A stretch of 64,000 bases of DNA from positions 54,793 to 118,792 of the forward strand of contig CAZYLN010000001.1 in the NCBI GenBank assembly GCA_964648975.1, given 5' to 3'. The first letter of the stretch is position 1; each line of letters starts with the position of its first letter. The DNA is from an uncultured Gemmatimonas sp. (lineage in GTDB: Bacteria; Gemmatimonadota; Gemmatimonadetes; Longimicrobiales; Gaopeijiaceae). The notes under the pieces are model-generated. The model made no database searches. It had not been told where the DNA came from and saw nothing but the letters and a program-made list of their open reading frames with translations. The translations under genes and the position numbers were made by a program. This document shows positions 51,201 through 61,848 of this stretch, one piece after another.

Positions 51201-51836
51201 CTACTTCGAGTAGAGCTCGACGATGAGCTGCTCCTGTACGGCCAGTGCGACGTCCTGCCTCTCCGGCATTCGAACGACTCGCCCCACACGATTCTTCTCG
51301 TCCAGCGCGAGCCACTCCGGCACGCTGACTCGTGTGCGCGCCTCAAGCGACTGCTGGACCGTGGGCAGGTCCCGGTCGCGACTCCGGACGGCCACCTCGT
51401 CTCCGACGCGTACACGGAAGCTCGGCACGTCGACGATGCGCCCATTCACTTCGACGTGGCGATGCCTGACGAGCTGCCGAGCCTGGGCACGGCTGGCCGC
51501 GAAGCCCAGCCGAAAGGCGATGTTGTCCAGCCGCGTCTCGAGGTTCAGCAGAAGATTCGCGCCGGTGACGCCCGGCTGCGTCGCGGCTCGCTCGAACAGA
51601 TTGCGAAACTGTTGCTCGTGCAGGCCGTAGATCCGCTTCACCTTCTGTTTCTCGCGCAACTGGAGCGCGTACTCGGACTGCTTCCGGCGTCTCGCCTGGG
51701 CCGGTCCGTGCTGGCCCGGCGGATACGTGCGCCGGTCCACCGGACATTTCTCCGTGTAACACTTGGCCCCCTTGAGGAACAGTTTCTGCCCCTCGCGGCG
51801 GCACAGCTTGCAGACCGGCCCGTTGTATCTCGACAT
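51201..51836 (-). CDS. rpsD: 30S ribosomal protein S4
   Basis: MSRYNGPVCKLCRREGQKLFLKG.KC...C. Confidence 0.97.
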   Translation of the reverse strand: MSRYNGPVCKLCRREGQKLFLKGAKCYTEKCPVDRRTYPPGQHGPAQARRRKQSEYALQLREKQKVKRIYGLHEQQFRNLFERAATQPGVTGANLLLNLETRLDNIAFRLGFAASRAQARQLVRHRHVEVNGRIVDVPSFRVRVGDEVAVRSRDRDLPTVQQSLEARTRVSVPEWLALDEKNRVGRVVRMPERQDVALAVQEQLIVELYSK

Positions 51837-51854
51837 ACGTGTTCGTCCCGCGTG

Positions 51855-52259
51855 TCAGACCCGCCGCTTCTTCGGTGGCCGACAACCGTTGTGGGGCAGA
51901 GGAGTCACATCCTGGATCGACTTGATGTGCAGGCCGGAGGTGGCAAGAGCCTGGATCGCGGACTCACGGCCGGAACCCGGTCCCTGCACGAGCACGGCTA
52001 CGCGCCTCACGCCGGCCGCCACCGCCTCGCGACCGGCCAGCTCGGCGGCCACAGTCGCGGCAAACGGGGTCGATTTCTTCGATCCCTTGAAGCCCGCCTT
52101 TCCCGCACTGGACCACACGACCGCGTTGCCCTGATTGTCCGTGATCGTGATCAACGTGTTGTTGAACGTCGCCTTGATGTGGGCGACGCCATCGGCTTCG
52201 ACGACACGCTTGCGCCCCCTGCCGCGCGCTCCGGACTTGCCGGACTTGGGATTGGCCAT
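51855..52259 (-). CDS. rpsK: 30S ribosomal protein S11
   Basis: [20 protein letters not shown]...W.SAG...[12 protein letters not shown]. Confidence 0.97.
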   Translation of the reverse strand: MANPKSGKSGARGRGRKRVVEADGVAHIKATFNNTLITITDNQGNAVVWSSAGKAGFKGSKKSTPFAATVAAELAGREAVAAGVRRVAVLVQGPGSGRESAIQALATSGLHIKSIQDVTPLPHNGCRPPKKRRV

Positions 52260-52383
52260 GCTCGCTCTTCCTTAGGACCCCTAGGGTATCGACAAGCCGA
52301 TGCGGCGAACCGGGAGGCCCCCGGCGGGCTCCGTCCGGACGCTTCGTCCGGACCTCGCGCCCAGGCGATCGCAGCCGCGTCCG

Positions 52384-52764
52384 CTACTTCTTCGGTGCCT
52401 TCTTCTTCCCTGCGATCGCACGCCGCGTGCCTTTGTGCGTCCGCGCGTTGGTATGCGTTCGCTGGCCACGGACCGGGAGGCCCCGGCGATGCCTCAGCCC
52501 CCGGTAGCACCCGATGTCCATGAGGCGCTTCACGTTCATGGATGTCTCGGTGCGCAACGCCCCCTCCACCTTGTAGTTGCCCTCGATCTCGTGCCGAAGT
52601 CGGTTCACGTCTTCGTCGGTCAGGTCCTGAGTTCGCGTCACGGGGTCTACTCCCGTGCTGTCCAGGATCTGATGCGCGCGCGAGCGGCCGATGCCGTAGA
52701 TATAGGTGAGCGCGATGTCGATCTTCTTACCACGGGGAAGGTCGACACCTGCGATACGGGCCAT
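52384..52764 (-). CDS. rpsM: 30S ribosomal protein S13
   Basis: [30 protein letters not shown]. Confidence 0.97.
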   Translation of the reverse strand: MARIAGVDLPRGKKIDIALTYIYGIGRSRAHQILDSTGVDPVTRTQDLTDEDVNRLRHEIEGNYKVEGALRTETSMNVKRLMDIGCYRGLRHRRGLPVRGQRTHTNARTHKGTRRAIAGKKKAPKK

Positions 52765-52800
52765 GGTCTTCGCTTCCCTGCAGATGTCAGCGCGCCGCGC

Positions 52801-52917
52801 TCAACCTTGGCGCTGCTTGTGGCGTGGATTGCGCTTGCAGATGACCCGCACGACGCCGCGTCGGCGAATCACCTTACAGTACTCGCAGATGGGTTTGACG
52901 CTGCTGCGAACCTTCAT
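52801..52917 (-). CDS. rpmJ: 50S ribosomal protein L36 (Zn-binding form)
   Basis: Not in the ORF track because it is under 60 aa. The reverse strand gives [38 protein letters not shown] followed by a stop. It is located between map and rpsM as expected. Confidence 0.95.
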   Translation of the reverse strand: MKVRSSVKPICEYCKVIRRRGVVRVICKRNPRHKQRQG

Positions 52918-52953
52918 CACCGGCCTCCCGGCTGGTCTCCGGTACAGCTTATT

Positions 52954-52982
52954 ATTATAGCGGCGAGGGGTTAGCCCCTCAA
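52954..52982 (-). promoter_or_regulatory. candidate internal sigma70-type promoter for rpmJ-rpsM-rpsK-rpsD-rpoA-rplQ
   Basis: The minus strand reads TTGAGG-N17-TATAAT (-35 at 52977-52982, overlapping the map stop codon; -10 at 52954-52959). It lies in a conspicuous AT-rich island (CTATAATAATAAG). The spacer contains a GAGGGG-ctaa-CCCCTC hairpin. Confidence 0.45.
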
Positions 52983-53776
52983 GGCGTTGCGGTGCCCGAG
53001 CGGCCCGGCTGGCCCGTCGTGACAGGCGCTAGGGTGAGGATCCTGGGGCCGGCGGCCGTCACTGCCACCGTGTGCTCGAAGTGGGCCGAGCGCGAGCCGT
53101 CGGCGGTGACTACCGTCCACTGGTCGTCCAAGGTCCGGATCCGGTCGGTTCCTCGCGAGAGCATGGGTTCGATCGCGATCACCATTCCCTCGCGAAGGCG
53201 CGGTCCGTGTCCCGGACGCCCGATGTTGGGCACCTGAGGCTCCTCGTGGACCTCGCGCCCGACACCGTGGCCGACCAGTTCTCGGATGATCCCGAAGCCC
53301 TGGTCCTTGACCGTCGCGACCACCGCGGCGCCGATGTCACCCACGTGGAATCCAGGTCTGGCCGCCGCGATGGCGCGCTCGAGCGCTTCTTCCGTGATGC
53401 TCAGCAGCTCGTGCGTCGACTCGTCCACGTCGCCGACAGGGAAGGTCCACGCGGAGTCCGAACACCACCCTTTGAACCTGACCCCCACGTCGATCGACAC
53501 GGTATCGCTCTCCACGAGCACACGGTCCGGGCGCGGGATCCCGTGCACGACCTCCTCGTTTATCGACACGCATACGCTGGCGGGGAAGTCGTAGAGGCCC
53601 TTGAACGCCGGCACCGCACCTTCGTGGGAACGGATGAAGGTGTCGCAATAGGAATCCAGCGCGCCCGTCGAGATCCCTGGAACGATCCTCGTCTCGATCT
53701 CGCGAAAGAGGGCGCCGATGATCGCCCCGCCGCGTGCGATGGTGTCGATCTCGTCGGGCGACTTGAGGCGGATCAC
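52979..53776 (-). CDS. map: type I methionine aminopeptidase
   Basis: The GTG start overlaps the adk stop (GTGA at 53773-53776). Metal ligands are present (D in [23 protein letters not shown]). Confidence 0.93.
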   Translation of the reverse strand: MIRLKSPDEIDTIARGGAIIGALFREIETRIVPGISTGALDSYCDTFIRSHEGAVPAFKGLYDFPASVCVSINEEVVHGIPRPDRVLVESDTVSIDVGVRFKGWCSDSAWTFPVGDVDESTHELLSITEEALERAIAAARPGFHVGDIGAAVVATVKDQGFGIIRELVGHGVGREVHEEPQVPNIGRPGHGPRLREGMVIAIEPMLSRGTDRIRTLDDQWTVVTADGSRSAHFEHTVAVTAAGPRILTLAPVTTGQPGRSGTATP

Positions 53777-54420
53777 GTACCTACGACCTCCCTCAGCCCG
53801 TCCTGTACCTTGTCGACAGGGCGGTCCGCGGCGACCCGCTCCAGCCGGGCGGACGTCCCTAGGTAGAACTGAACGAGAGGCATGGTATCCCTCCGGTACA
53901 CCTTCAGCCGTCTGCGGACCGTCGCCGGAGTGTCGTCCGCGCGCCGCACGAGATCGCCGCCGCACCGGTCGCACACGCCAGCCTTCTGCGGGGCGTTGAG
54001 GTGGACGTTGTAGACGGCCCCGCAGTTTCGGCAGCTGCGACGGCCCGCCATTCGCCGGAAGAGCACCTCGTCGTCCGCCTCGAGCACGATCACCCGGTCG
54101 ACCTGTCGATCGACTTCCTCGAGAACCGTGGCCAACCCGTCGGCCTGCGGGACCGTGCGAGGGAAGCCGTCGAACACGACTCCCGTATCGGACGACAGGC
54201 CGTGCAGCACGCCCCGTACGAGCTCGATGATGAGCCCGTCGGGCACGAGTTCTCCACGATCCATGTGGCCCTGGGCCCGGCGACCCAGCTCGGTGCCCTC
54301 ACGGCACGCGGCACGCAGCAGGTCTCCGGTGGCCACATGGCGGGCTCCCGTCCTCTCGGCGAGCCACGCGCCGTGTGTCCCCTTCCCCACGGCCGGCGGT
54401 CCCAGCAGAATCACGACCAC
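53773..54420 (-). CDS. adk: adenylate kinase (Zn-lid type)
   Basis: Has the P-loop LLGPPAVGKGT and a lid with CRNCG...CDRCG. Confidence 0.95.
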   Translation of the reverse strand: MVVILLGPPAVGKGTHGAWLAERTGARHVATGDLLRAACREGTELGRRAQGHMDRGELVPDGLIIELVRGVLHGLSSDTGVVFDGFPRTVPQADGLATVLEEVDRQVDRVIVLEADDEVLFRRMAGRRSCRNCGAVYNVHLNAPQKAGVCDRCGGDLVRRADDTPATVRRRLKVYRRDTMPLVQFYLGTSARLERVAADRPVDKVQDGLREVVGT

Positions 54421-54601
54421 GACGGCAGGTCCCTGTTCTCGTCGGCAGCTGCTCAGGCGCGCGCCCGTCCGGGCGGGCGAGCCGTGGAGCGCCGGCGCGG
54501 CTCCGGGCCCGTCCGCGTGGCGGCACTCACGGACGGACAGGCCCCGGGGCCAGCGGCGTCAGCTCCGTCTCCGCCAACTGCCACCCCGTCCGGGCCGCAT
54601 C

Positions 54602-55912
54602 TCACATATACCTCTGGCGGCCGCGCATCTTCACTCGACCCTTCTTCATGAAACCGTCATAGTGGCGCAGCAGGAGCAACTGCTGGGCCTGTTGAACGGT
54701 GTCCAGACCCACGCCCACCACGATCAGCAGGCTCGTACCGCCGAAGAAAAAGGCCTGGATGTTGAAGATATCGAAGATGAAGAACGGGAGCAGTGCAATC
54801 AGCGTCAGGTAAATCGATCCCGGCAGCGTGATGCGTGTCAGCACCCGGTCGATGTACTCCGCGGTGCGTGCCCCGGGCTTCACGCCCGGGATGAAGGCTC
54901 CTTGCTTCTTCAGGTTCTCGGCCAAGTCGACGGGATTGAAGATGATCGACGTGTAGAAGTACGTGAAGAAGAGGATGAGCAAGGAGTAACTCACGTAGTA
55001 CGGCCAGGTCTGGGGCTGGAAGAGGTCGGCCAGCGACCGCAGCGGCGGCCAGGTCGAGAACGCCGCCAGCGTACCCGGAATGATGATGAACGACTGGGCG
55101 AAGATGATCGGCATCACTCCCGCGGAGTTCACCCTCAGGGGAATGAAGCTCTTCTGGCCCTCCTGGATGCGGCCGCGGCCGATCACCTTGCGGGGAATCT
55201 GAACCGGGATCTTGCGAGCCGACATTGTCATCGCGACGACGCCCGCGCAGACCGCGATCACGACGAGCACGAGCATGACCAGAGCCAGGATTCCGATCTC
55301 GCCGACCATGAGCGACTCCCACGTCCGCCCGACCGCGGCGGGGAAGCTCTCGATGATGCTGAAGAAGATCATCAAGCTCATGCCGTTGCCGATGCCGTGC
55401 TCGGTAATCTGCTCGCCCATCCACATGATGAAGACGGCACCGGTCGTCAGAGCCACGACGGTCGTGAACACGAAGCCGAATCCCGGGAAGCGCACGGCGT
55501 CGGGAATGCTCTGCAGGAAGACCGCGTACCCGTAGCCCTGCATGATCGACAGCAGCACGGTCGTGTACCGTGTCCACTGCGTGAGCTTCTTGCGGCCGTC
55601 CTCACCCTCCTTCTGCATCTTCTCCACCGTGGGGATCACGGCTGCCAGCAGCTGGAACATGATGCTGGCGGAGATATAGGGCATGATGCCGAGAGCGAAG
55701 ATGGTCGCACGCGACAGGCCACCGCCGACGAACATGTCGTAGACGCCCAGGAAGGTGTTCTGCAGCGTGCCGAACTGGAGTCGCAGGACGCCGACGTCGA
55801 TCCCCGGCACGGTGATGTGCGCGCCGATCCGGTAGATGAGCAGGATGAAGACCGTGAAGACGATCTTCTTCTTGAGTTCCGGAACCCTGAACAGGTTCGC
55901 GAGTGGGTTCAT
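54602..55912 (-). CDS. secY: preprotein translocase subunit SecY
   Basis: 436 aa and 10 TM segments. LGIMPYISASIM and GGTSLLIVVGV are the SecY signatures. Confidence 0.97.
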   Translation of the reverse strand: MNPLANLFRVPELKKKIVFTVFILLIYRIGAHITVPGIDVGVLRLQFGTLQNTFLGVYDMFVGGGLSRATIFALGIMPYISASIMFQLLAAVIPTVEKMQKEGEDGRKKLTQWTRYTTVLLSIMQGYGYAVFLQSIPDAVRFPGFGFVFTTVVALTTGAVFIMWMGEQITEHGIGNGMSLMIFFSIIESFPAAVGRTWESLMVGEIGILALVMLVLVVIAVCAGVVAMTMSARKIPVQIPRKVIGRGRIQEGQKSFIPLRVNSAGVMPIIFAQSFIIIPGTLAAFSTWPPLRSLADLFQPQTWPYYVSYSLLILFFTYFYTSIIFNPVDLAENLKKQGAFIPGVKPGARTAEYIDRVLTRITLPGSIYLTLIALLPFFIFDIFNIQAFFFGGTSLLIVVGVGLDTVQQAQQLLLLRHYDGFMKKGRVKMRGRQRYM

Positions 55913-55923
55913 CTTCCCCGGCC

Positions 55924-56415
55924 TCAGCTCTCAGGGGCCGCGGTAGTCTCGTTCCGGTCCGCCTTCTCGCGGCCGCCGCCGAGCACCGTCGCGCTGCCCC
56001 CGGCAGCCTCTATCTTGGCACGCGCCGACTTGCTGAACGCGTGCACTCTGACGCTCAGCGCAGCGCCCGGGTCCCCATCGCCGAGCACCTTGACGGGCCG
56101 CCTGAGACTGGCGACCAGACCCGCCGCCTTGAGCGTCTCGGGCGTGATCTCACCCTCTAGACGGACCAGGTCGCGCACGTTCACCACCTGGTACTCGACA
56201 CGACGGAAGTTCTTGAAGCCCCGTTTGGGGATACGCCGCTGGAGCGGCATCTGACCCCCCTCGAAGCCGGGCTTGGTCGTCGTGCCGGAGCGCGCGCCCG
56301 CGCCCTTCTGTCCGCGGCCCGCGGTCTTGCCGGTTCCCGACCCGGGCCCACGGCCCACGCGCTTGCGGTTTCGGCGCGATCCCGGAGCGGGTTTCAGATC
56401 GTGCAGCTCGGCCAT
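55924..56415 (-). CDS. rplO: 50S ribosomal protein L15
   Basis: [38 protein letters not shown]. The ATG at 56413-56415 has a GAGGAA SD. Confidence 0.96.
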   Translation of the reverse strand: MAELHDLKPAPGSRRNRKRVGRGPGSGTGKTAGRGQKGAGARSGTTTKPGFEGGQMPLQRRIPKRGFKNFRRVEYQVVNVRDLVRLEGEITPETLKAAGLVASLRRPVKVLGDGDPGAALSVRVHAFSKSARAKIEAAGGSATVLGGGREKADRNETTAAPES

Positions 56416-56428
56416 CGAGGGTTCCTCG

Positions 56429-56635
56429 CTACTCCACCGGGCGAACGCTGACCATGTGGGCAACCTGCCGGATCATCCCACGGATGGCGGGCGTATCGTC
56501 GTGAATCACGGTCTGTTGATTGTGCTTGAATCCCAGCGCTTCCATCGTGCGGCGGTGCTTGGCCGGTCGGCCGGACAGGCTCCGGACCTGTGTGACGGCG
56601 ATCTTGCGGCCGGCGGGCGCCTCTGGCTCAGTCAC
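56429..56635 (-). CDS. rpmD: 50S ribosomal protein L30
   Basis: [26 protein letters not shown]. Confidence 0.95.
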   Translation of the reverse strand: MTEPEAPAGRKIAVTQVRSLSGRPAKHRRTMEALGFKHNQQTVIHDDTPAIRGMIRQVAHMVSVRPVE

Positions 56636-57164
56636 GGTCCGTGACTCCCAGTGCCTCTACCGGCACTCCGCGCTCGGCGGCCACCTGTTCGGCGGTGACC
56701 AGCCTCGTCAGGGCGTCCACTGTGGCGCGCACCACGTTGATCGGATTGTTGGTCCCGAGGCTCTTGGTCAGAACGTCCGTGACGCCGGCCGCCTCGAGCA
56801 CGGCCCGCACCGGCCCGCCCGCGATGACGCCCGTCCCGGGGGCAGCAGGCCGCAGCAGCACGCGGCCCGCCCCGCAGCGTCCGAGGATCTCGTGCGGCAG
56901 CGTGCCGTTACGGAGCGGCACCACGAACGTCGCGCGCCGCGCTCGGTCGAAAGCCTTGCGGATCGCCTCCGCGACCTCGCTGGCCTTGGCAAGTCCGACG
57001 CCCACGTTGCCCTTCTGATCCCCGACGGCCACCAGCGCCGAGAACGAGAACCGGCGACCGCCCTTCACCACCTTGGCCACCCGGTTGATGTGGATGACGT
57101 TCTCGACCAGCTCGCTCTCGCGGCCGCGCGCCGATTTCTTGTCCCTTCGCTGCTCTCGTTCCAT
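56628..57164 (-). CDS. rpsE: 30S ribosomal protein S5
   Basis: [35 protein letters not shown]. Confidence 0.97.
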   Translation of the reverse strand: MEREQRRDKKSARGRESELVENVIHINRVAKVVKGGRRFSFSALVAVGDQKGNVGVGLAKASEVAEAIRKAFDRARRATFVVPLRNGTLPHEILGRCGAGRVLLRPAAPGTGVIAGGPVRAVLEAAGVTDVLTKSLGTNNPINVVRATVDALTRLVTAEQVAAERGVPVEALGVTDRD

Positions 57165-57541
57165 CAGAACTCCAGCCCCCTCTCGCGGGCGCCTTCGGCG
57201 AAGGCCTTCACGCGCCCGTGGTACTTGTAGCCGCCGCGATCGAATACCACCGCGCTGATTCCGCTCTCACGCGCACGTTCGGCCAGCAGCCTGCCGGCCG
57301 CCCGGGCCTGCTCCACCCGCCTGTTCGTGCCCGACTCGCCCTTGAAGTCGCGCAGGCTCTCCTCGAGCGTGGACAGACCGAGCAGCGTCCGTGATGCCTC
57401 GTCGTCCACGAGCTGCCCCTCGATGTTGCGCAGCGAACGGTAGACGACGAGCCTCGGCCGTTCGGGCGTGCCCCAGACCTTCTTCCGGATCCGGCGGTGT
57501 CGGCGGAGCCGGGCGCTCCTGCGGTTCTCCGTCTTGGCCAT
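57164..57541 (-). CDS. rplR: 50S ribosomal protein L18
   Basis: [22 protein letters not shown]...I..Q..DD...[23 protein letters not shown]. Confidence 0.97.
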   Translation of the reverse strand: MAKTENRRSARLRRHRRIRKKVWGTPERPRLVVYRSLRNIEGQLVDDEASRTLLGLSTLEESLRDFKGESGTNRRVEQARAAGRLLAERARESGISAVVFDRGGYKYHGRVKAFAEGARERGLEF

Positions 57542-57544
57542 CGA

Positions 57545-58084
57545 CTACGCTCCAGCGGTCTTGCCGGCCTTGCGCCGGACCTGCTCGCCCCGGTACCGGA
57601 TCCCCTTGCCCTTGTAGGGCTCCGGCGGCCTGACCGAGCGGATCTCCGCCGCGACCTGACCGACCATCTGCTTGTCCGGCCCCGAGATCGTCACGGTCGT
57701 CGGGGTCGGCGTGTCGATGGTGATCCCCGGCGGGGCGTCGTACTGCACGGAATGCGAATAGCCCGCCGTGAGCTTGACGCCCTTCGCGCTCTTCTCCGCC
57801 TTGTAGCCGACGCCCACGATCTCCAGTTCCTTCTTGTACCCCTGGGTCACGCCCACCACCATGTTGGAGATGAGTGTGCGCGTGAGACCGTGCAGTGCCT
57901 TGTGCTGCGCGCTGTCGGAGGGGCGCTCCACGCGCACCTCGCCGCCCTCGATCCTCACGTCGATGGCGGAATGCACGTTGAGTGCGAGGTCCCCCTTGGG
58001 CCCCTTAACCCGGACTTGGCGCCCCGCCACGATCACGTCCACCCCTTCCGGGAACGGGACCGGTCGCTTGCCGATACGAGACAT
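57545..58084 (-). CDS. rplF: 50S ribosomal protein L6
   Basis: MSRIGKRPVPFPEGVDV......V.VKGPKG. Confidence 0.97.
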   Translation of the reverse strand: MSRIGKRPVPFPEGVDVIVAGRQVRVKGPKGDLALNVHSAIDVRIEGGEVRVERPSDSAQHKALHGLTRTLISNMVVGVTQGYKKELEIVGVGYKAEKSAKGVKLTAGYSHSVQYDAPPGITIDTPTPTTVTISGPDKQMVGQVAAEIRSVRPPEPYKGKGIRYRGEQVRRKAGKTAGA

Positions 58085-58094
58085 CGTCGTCTTC

Positions 58095-58487
58095 CTACCA
58101 AACCATGGCCATGAGCTCTCCGCCGACTCCCGCTCGCCGGGCGTCGCGGTCGGAGAGGAGGCCGCGCGAGGTGGACAGTATCGCCATGCCGAGGCCGTTC
58201 CTCACGCGCGGTATTTCGCCTACCCGCACGTAGCGGCGCCGCCCCGGTCGCGACACCCGCTCAAGGTGCCGAATGACGGGCTCACCCTCGTGGTACTTAA
58301 GATACACGCGCAACAGCCCGTGCCGCGCGTCGTCCAAGATCTTGAAATCGAAGACGAAGTGGTTCTCCCTCAGGATACCGGCGACTTCGACTTTCAGCTT
58401 CGATACCGGCATGTCGACCCACCGATGGCCGGCGGCACCAGCGTTTCGGATGCGGGTCAGCATGTCGGCGATCGGGTCGGTCATCAT
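58095..58487 (-). CDS. rpsH: 30S ribosomal protein S8
   Basis: [16 protein letters not shown]. The longer track ORF is an upstream extension across rpsN. Confidence 0.96.
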   Translation of the reverse strand: MMTDPIADMLTRIRNAGAAGHRWVDMPVSKLKVEVAGILRENHFVFDFKILDDARHGLLRVYLKYHEGEPVIRHLERVSRPGRRRYVRVGEIPRVRNGLGMAILSTSRGLLSDRDARRAGVGGELMAMVW

Positions 58488-58500
58488 CTCAGTGTGGCCC

Positions 58501-58686
58501 TCACCAGCTGGACTTGCGCACGCCGGGGATCTCGCCCCGCAGCGCCATCTCGCGGAAGCAGATCCGGCAGATTCCGAACTTTCGCATAAAACCACGCGGG
58601 CGCCCGCAACGCCCGCACCTGCTGTTGCGGCGCACCTCGAACTTGGGCTTGCGCTTCGCCTTCTCGATCAACGCCTTCTTCGCCAT
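58501..58686 (-). CDS. rpsN: 30S ribosomal protein S14, short Zn-ribbon (type Z) form
   Basis: [46 protein letters not shown], 61 aa. Confidence 0.96.
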   Translation of the reverse strand: MAKKALIEKAKRKPKFEVRRNSRCGRCGRPRGFMRKFGICRICFREMALRGEIPGVRKSSW

Positions 58687-58724
58687 GGCTCGCTCTCTCT
58701 TGAGACGGGTCGCGCCGCGGGTGG

Positions 58725-59444
58725 CTACGCGGCCAAGTGGCCGATGACGACGGGAATCTCTCCGCGGAACGGAAAGCCCATCTCCCTGAGAAGCGCAAAC
58801 GCCTCGTCGTCCTTGACGGTGCTGGTTACCACCGTGATGTCCATGCCGTGGATCTCCTGCACCCGGTCGTAGTCGACCTCCGGGAAGATGATCTGCTCCT
58901 TCACTCCGAGCGTGTAGTTGCCGCGCCCATCGAAAGAGCGAGTGGAAAGCCCGCGGAAGTCACGAACCCTCGGAATCGCCACGCTTACCAGGCGATCCAG
59001 GAAATGGTACATCCGCTGCCTGCGGAGCGTCACGGCGACTCCGACGGGCATCCCCTCGCGCAAGCCAAAATTGGAGATCGACCTGCGGGCCCGCGTGACC
59101 AGCGGGGTCTGCCCGGTGATCTGGCGCAGCTCCTCGACCACGCTGTCGAGGAGCTTTTGGTTCTTCGGGGCCTGGCCCAAGCCGCAGTTGACCGTCACCT
59201 TCTCGATGCGCGGAACCTCGTGCCGATTCTTCCAACCGAACTGCTGAACCAGCTTCGGCACGGCATGATCGCGGTAGTGCCGCGCGAAGCGCGGCTCGAA
59301 CCGCGGGATCGGCCCGGTCTGGACCGCCCGGTCCCCACTCGCGCCCTTGCCGCGTCCGGGGGCCTTGCCCGGTTTCCGCGCCGTCTGGCCCTTCGGCGCC
59401 TGTCGCGGTTTCTGCCTGCCCGCGTCGCTCTTCTTGTTCGCCAT
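58725..59444 (-). CDS. rplE: 50S ribosomal protein L5 with a roughly 45-aa basic N-terminal extension
   Basis: The core is [38 protein letters not shown]...[15 protein letters not shown]. The ATG at 59442-59444 is 9 nt from the rplX stop. The extension shows strong third-position G/C bias, and no in-frame canonical start lies nearer the core. Confidence 0.9.
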   Translation of the reverse strand: MANKKSDAGRQKPRQAPKGQTARKPGKAPGRGKGASGDRAVQTGPIPRFEPRFARHYRDHAVPKLVQQFGWKNRHEVPRIEKVTVNCGLGQAPKNQKLLDSVVEELRQITGQTPLVTRARRSISNFGLREGMPVGVAVTLRRQRMYHFLDRLVSVAIPRVRDFRGLSTRSFDGRGNYTLGVKEQIIFPEVDYDRVQEIHGMDITVVTSTVKDDEAFALLREMGFPFRGEIPVVIGHLAA

Positions 59445-59453
59445 CGTCGCTCG

Positions 59454-59813
59454 CTATTGGGGTCGCGGGATGGGGTTTCCGCTCTTGACCGCGATCCGTT
59501 CCTTGGTGCCGTCCTCCTCGACGCGCATGCGTACGCGGCTGGCCGTGCCCGCCGCCGCATCCATGAGCATGACGTTGGAGACGTGGATCGGTGCTTCGAA
59601 GGTGATGATCCCGCCTTCCGGATTCGCCTGACTCGGACGCGTGTGCCGCTTGCGCATGTTGACGCCCTCGATCACCACCCGGTCCTCGTCCTTCAGCACT
59701 CTCAGGACCGTGCCTTCCATGTCGCGGAAGTTGCCGCGGATCACGCGCACGCGGTCGCCCTTCACGACCTTGTGCTTGACGTTGCGACGCCGTGGCTTCG
59801 CTCTGCCCGCCAT
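59454..59813 (-). CDS. rplX: 50S ribosomal protein L24
   Basis: KVVKGDRVRVIRGNFRDMEGTVLRV is the KOW motif. Confidence 0.96.
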   Translation of the reverse strand: MAGRAKPRRRNVKHKVVKGDRVRVIRGNFRDMEGTVLRVLKDEDRVVIEGVNMRKRHTRPSQANPEGGIITFEAPIHVSNVMLMDAAAGTASRVRMRVEEDGTKERIAVKSGNPIPRPQ

Positions 59814-59815
59814 CG

Positions 59816-60184
59816 TCAGAGTACCTCCGGCGCGAGCGACACGATCTTCATGTACTTCTTCTCGCGCAGCTCACGCCCGACCGGGCCGAAGATGCGCGTT
59901 CCACGGGGCTCGCCGTTGGGGTTGATCAGCACGGCCGCGTTGTCATCGAACCGAATGTAGGATCCATCACGCCGGCGCATCTCCTTGCTCGTGCGCACAA
60001 CGACGGCCTTCGCGATGTCGCCCTTCTTGACCGGAGCGTTCGGCATGGCGTCCTTGACGGTGACCACGACCACGTCCCCGATCCTCGCGTAGCGGCGCTT
60101 CGAACCTCCCAAGACCCGGATGCAGAGACCCCTCTTGGCGCCCGTATTGTCGGCGATGCGCAACATCGACTCCTGCTGAATCAT
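59816..60184 (-). CDS. rplN: 50S ribosomal protein L14
   Basis: [28 protein letters not shown]... Confidence 0.97.
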   Translation of the reverse strand: MIQQESMLRIADNTGAKRGLCIRVLGGSKRRYARIGDVVVVTVKDAMPNAPVKKGDIAKAVVVRTSKEMRRRDGSYIRFDDNAAVLINPNGEPRGTRIFGPVGRELREKKYMKIVSLAPEVL

Positions 60185-60201
60185 ATCACAAGTCCCTCGA
60201 T

Positions 60202-60525
60202 CTACTCTGGGCGCTCGAGCAGCTCGGCGACGCGCCATCGCTTGGTCTTGGACAGGGGACGCGTTTCCACGATACGCACTAAGTCGCCCACCCTGTACTC
60301 GTTCCCTTCATCGTGCGCGTGGTACTTCTTCGTACGTGAGACCTGCTTGCCGTAGACGGAATGGCTCACGCGCCGTTCCACCGTCACGGTGACCGTCTTC
60401 CTGGACCGGTCGCTCACGACGACGCCGACCCTGCTCTTGCGGTGACTCCGCTGGCCGCCGGCCGGAGCCATGTCGCTCTCCGTCTGACCGGCTTCCGCCG
60501 CGCTCGCGCTCGTATCCTTAGGCAT
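60202..60525 (-). CDS. rpsQ: 30S ribosomal protein S17 (possible 18-aa N-terminal extension)
   Basis: The core is [32 protein letters not shown]. The ATG at 60525 is 8 nt from the rpmC stop. An alternative internal ATG lies at 60471. Confidence 0.93.
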   Translation of the reverse strand: MPKDTSASAAEAGQTESDMAPAGGQRSHRKSRVGVVVSDRSRKTVTVTVERRVSHSVYGKQVSRTKKYHAHDEGNEYRVGDLVRIVETRPLSKTKRWRVAELLERPE

Positions 60526-60533
60526 GCCAGTCC

Positions 60534-60737
60534 CTAGCTACGTTGCCCGGCGAGCTCGCGCTCGCGCAGGATGGTCTTCAGCCGGGCGATATCGCGCCTG
60601 ACGCTGCGGATCAGGCGCGGATTCTCAAGCTGCATGGTCGCGGTCCGGAACTTGAGCCGGAACAGCTCCTCCTTGAGTTCCGCCAGCCGAGCCAAGATCT
60701 CGGTGTCCTCCCATTCGCGGATGTCCTCCGCCTTCAT
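60534..60737 (-). CDS. rpmC: 50S ribosomal protein L29
   Basis: [38 protein letters not shown]. Confidence 0.96.
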   Translation of the reverse strand: MKAEDIREWEDTEILARLAELKEELFRLKFRTATMQLENPRLIRSVRRDIARLKTILRERELAGQRS

Positions 60738-60748
60738 CGCCCCTCTCC

Positions 60749-61171
60749 TCAGGTCGCGAGCTGCTGGTCACGCGCGACGAAGCGGGTCTTGATCGGGAGC
60801 TTCGCGGCGGCCAGCTCCATCGCTCTGCGAGCCGTCTTCTCGTCGATCCCCTCTAGCTCGAACATCACGCGCCCCGGCTTGACGACGGCGACCCAGCCTT
60901 CCGGGTTTCCCTTGCCCTTGCCCATGCGCGTCTCCGCCGGCTTCTTGCTGATCGGCTTGTCGGGAAAGATCCGGATCCAGACCTTGCCGCCGCGCTTGAT
61001 GTGGCGAGTCATCGCGACGCGAGCCGCCTCGATCTGGCGACTGGAGATCCAGCCCGGGGCGGCGGCCTGCAGTCCGTACTCGCCGAAGGAGACCTGGTTG
61101 CCTCGGCTCGCCTGCCCGCGCATGCGACCCTTGTGCATCCTCCGGTACTTGACCCTCTTCGGTGCCAGCAT
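60749..61171 (-). CDS. rplP: 50S ribosomal protein L16
   Basis: [32 protein letters not shown]. Confidence 0.97.
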   Translation of the reverse strand: MLAPKRVKYRRMHKGRMRGQASRGNQVSFGEYGLQAAAPGWISSRQIEAARVAMTRHIKRGGKVWIRIFPDKPISKKPAETRMGKGKGNPEGWVAVVKPGRVMFELEGIDEKTARRAMELAAAKLPIKTRFVARDQQLAT

Positions 61172-61188
61172 ATCGGGCTATCCTGTCG

Positions 61189-61848
<660 letters not shown>

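Noticed and set aside
52918-52978. Expected infA (IF-1) gene between map and rpmJ
   Set aside because: Only 61 nt separate the two genes and there is no ORF. infA must be elsewhere, as it is in many bacteria, so this is not treated as an anomaly.
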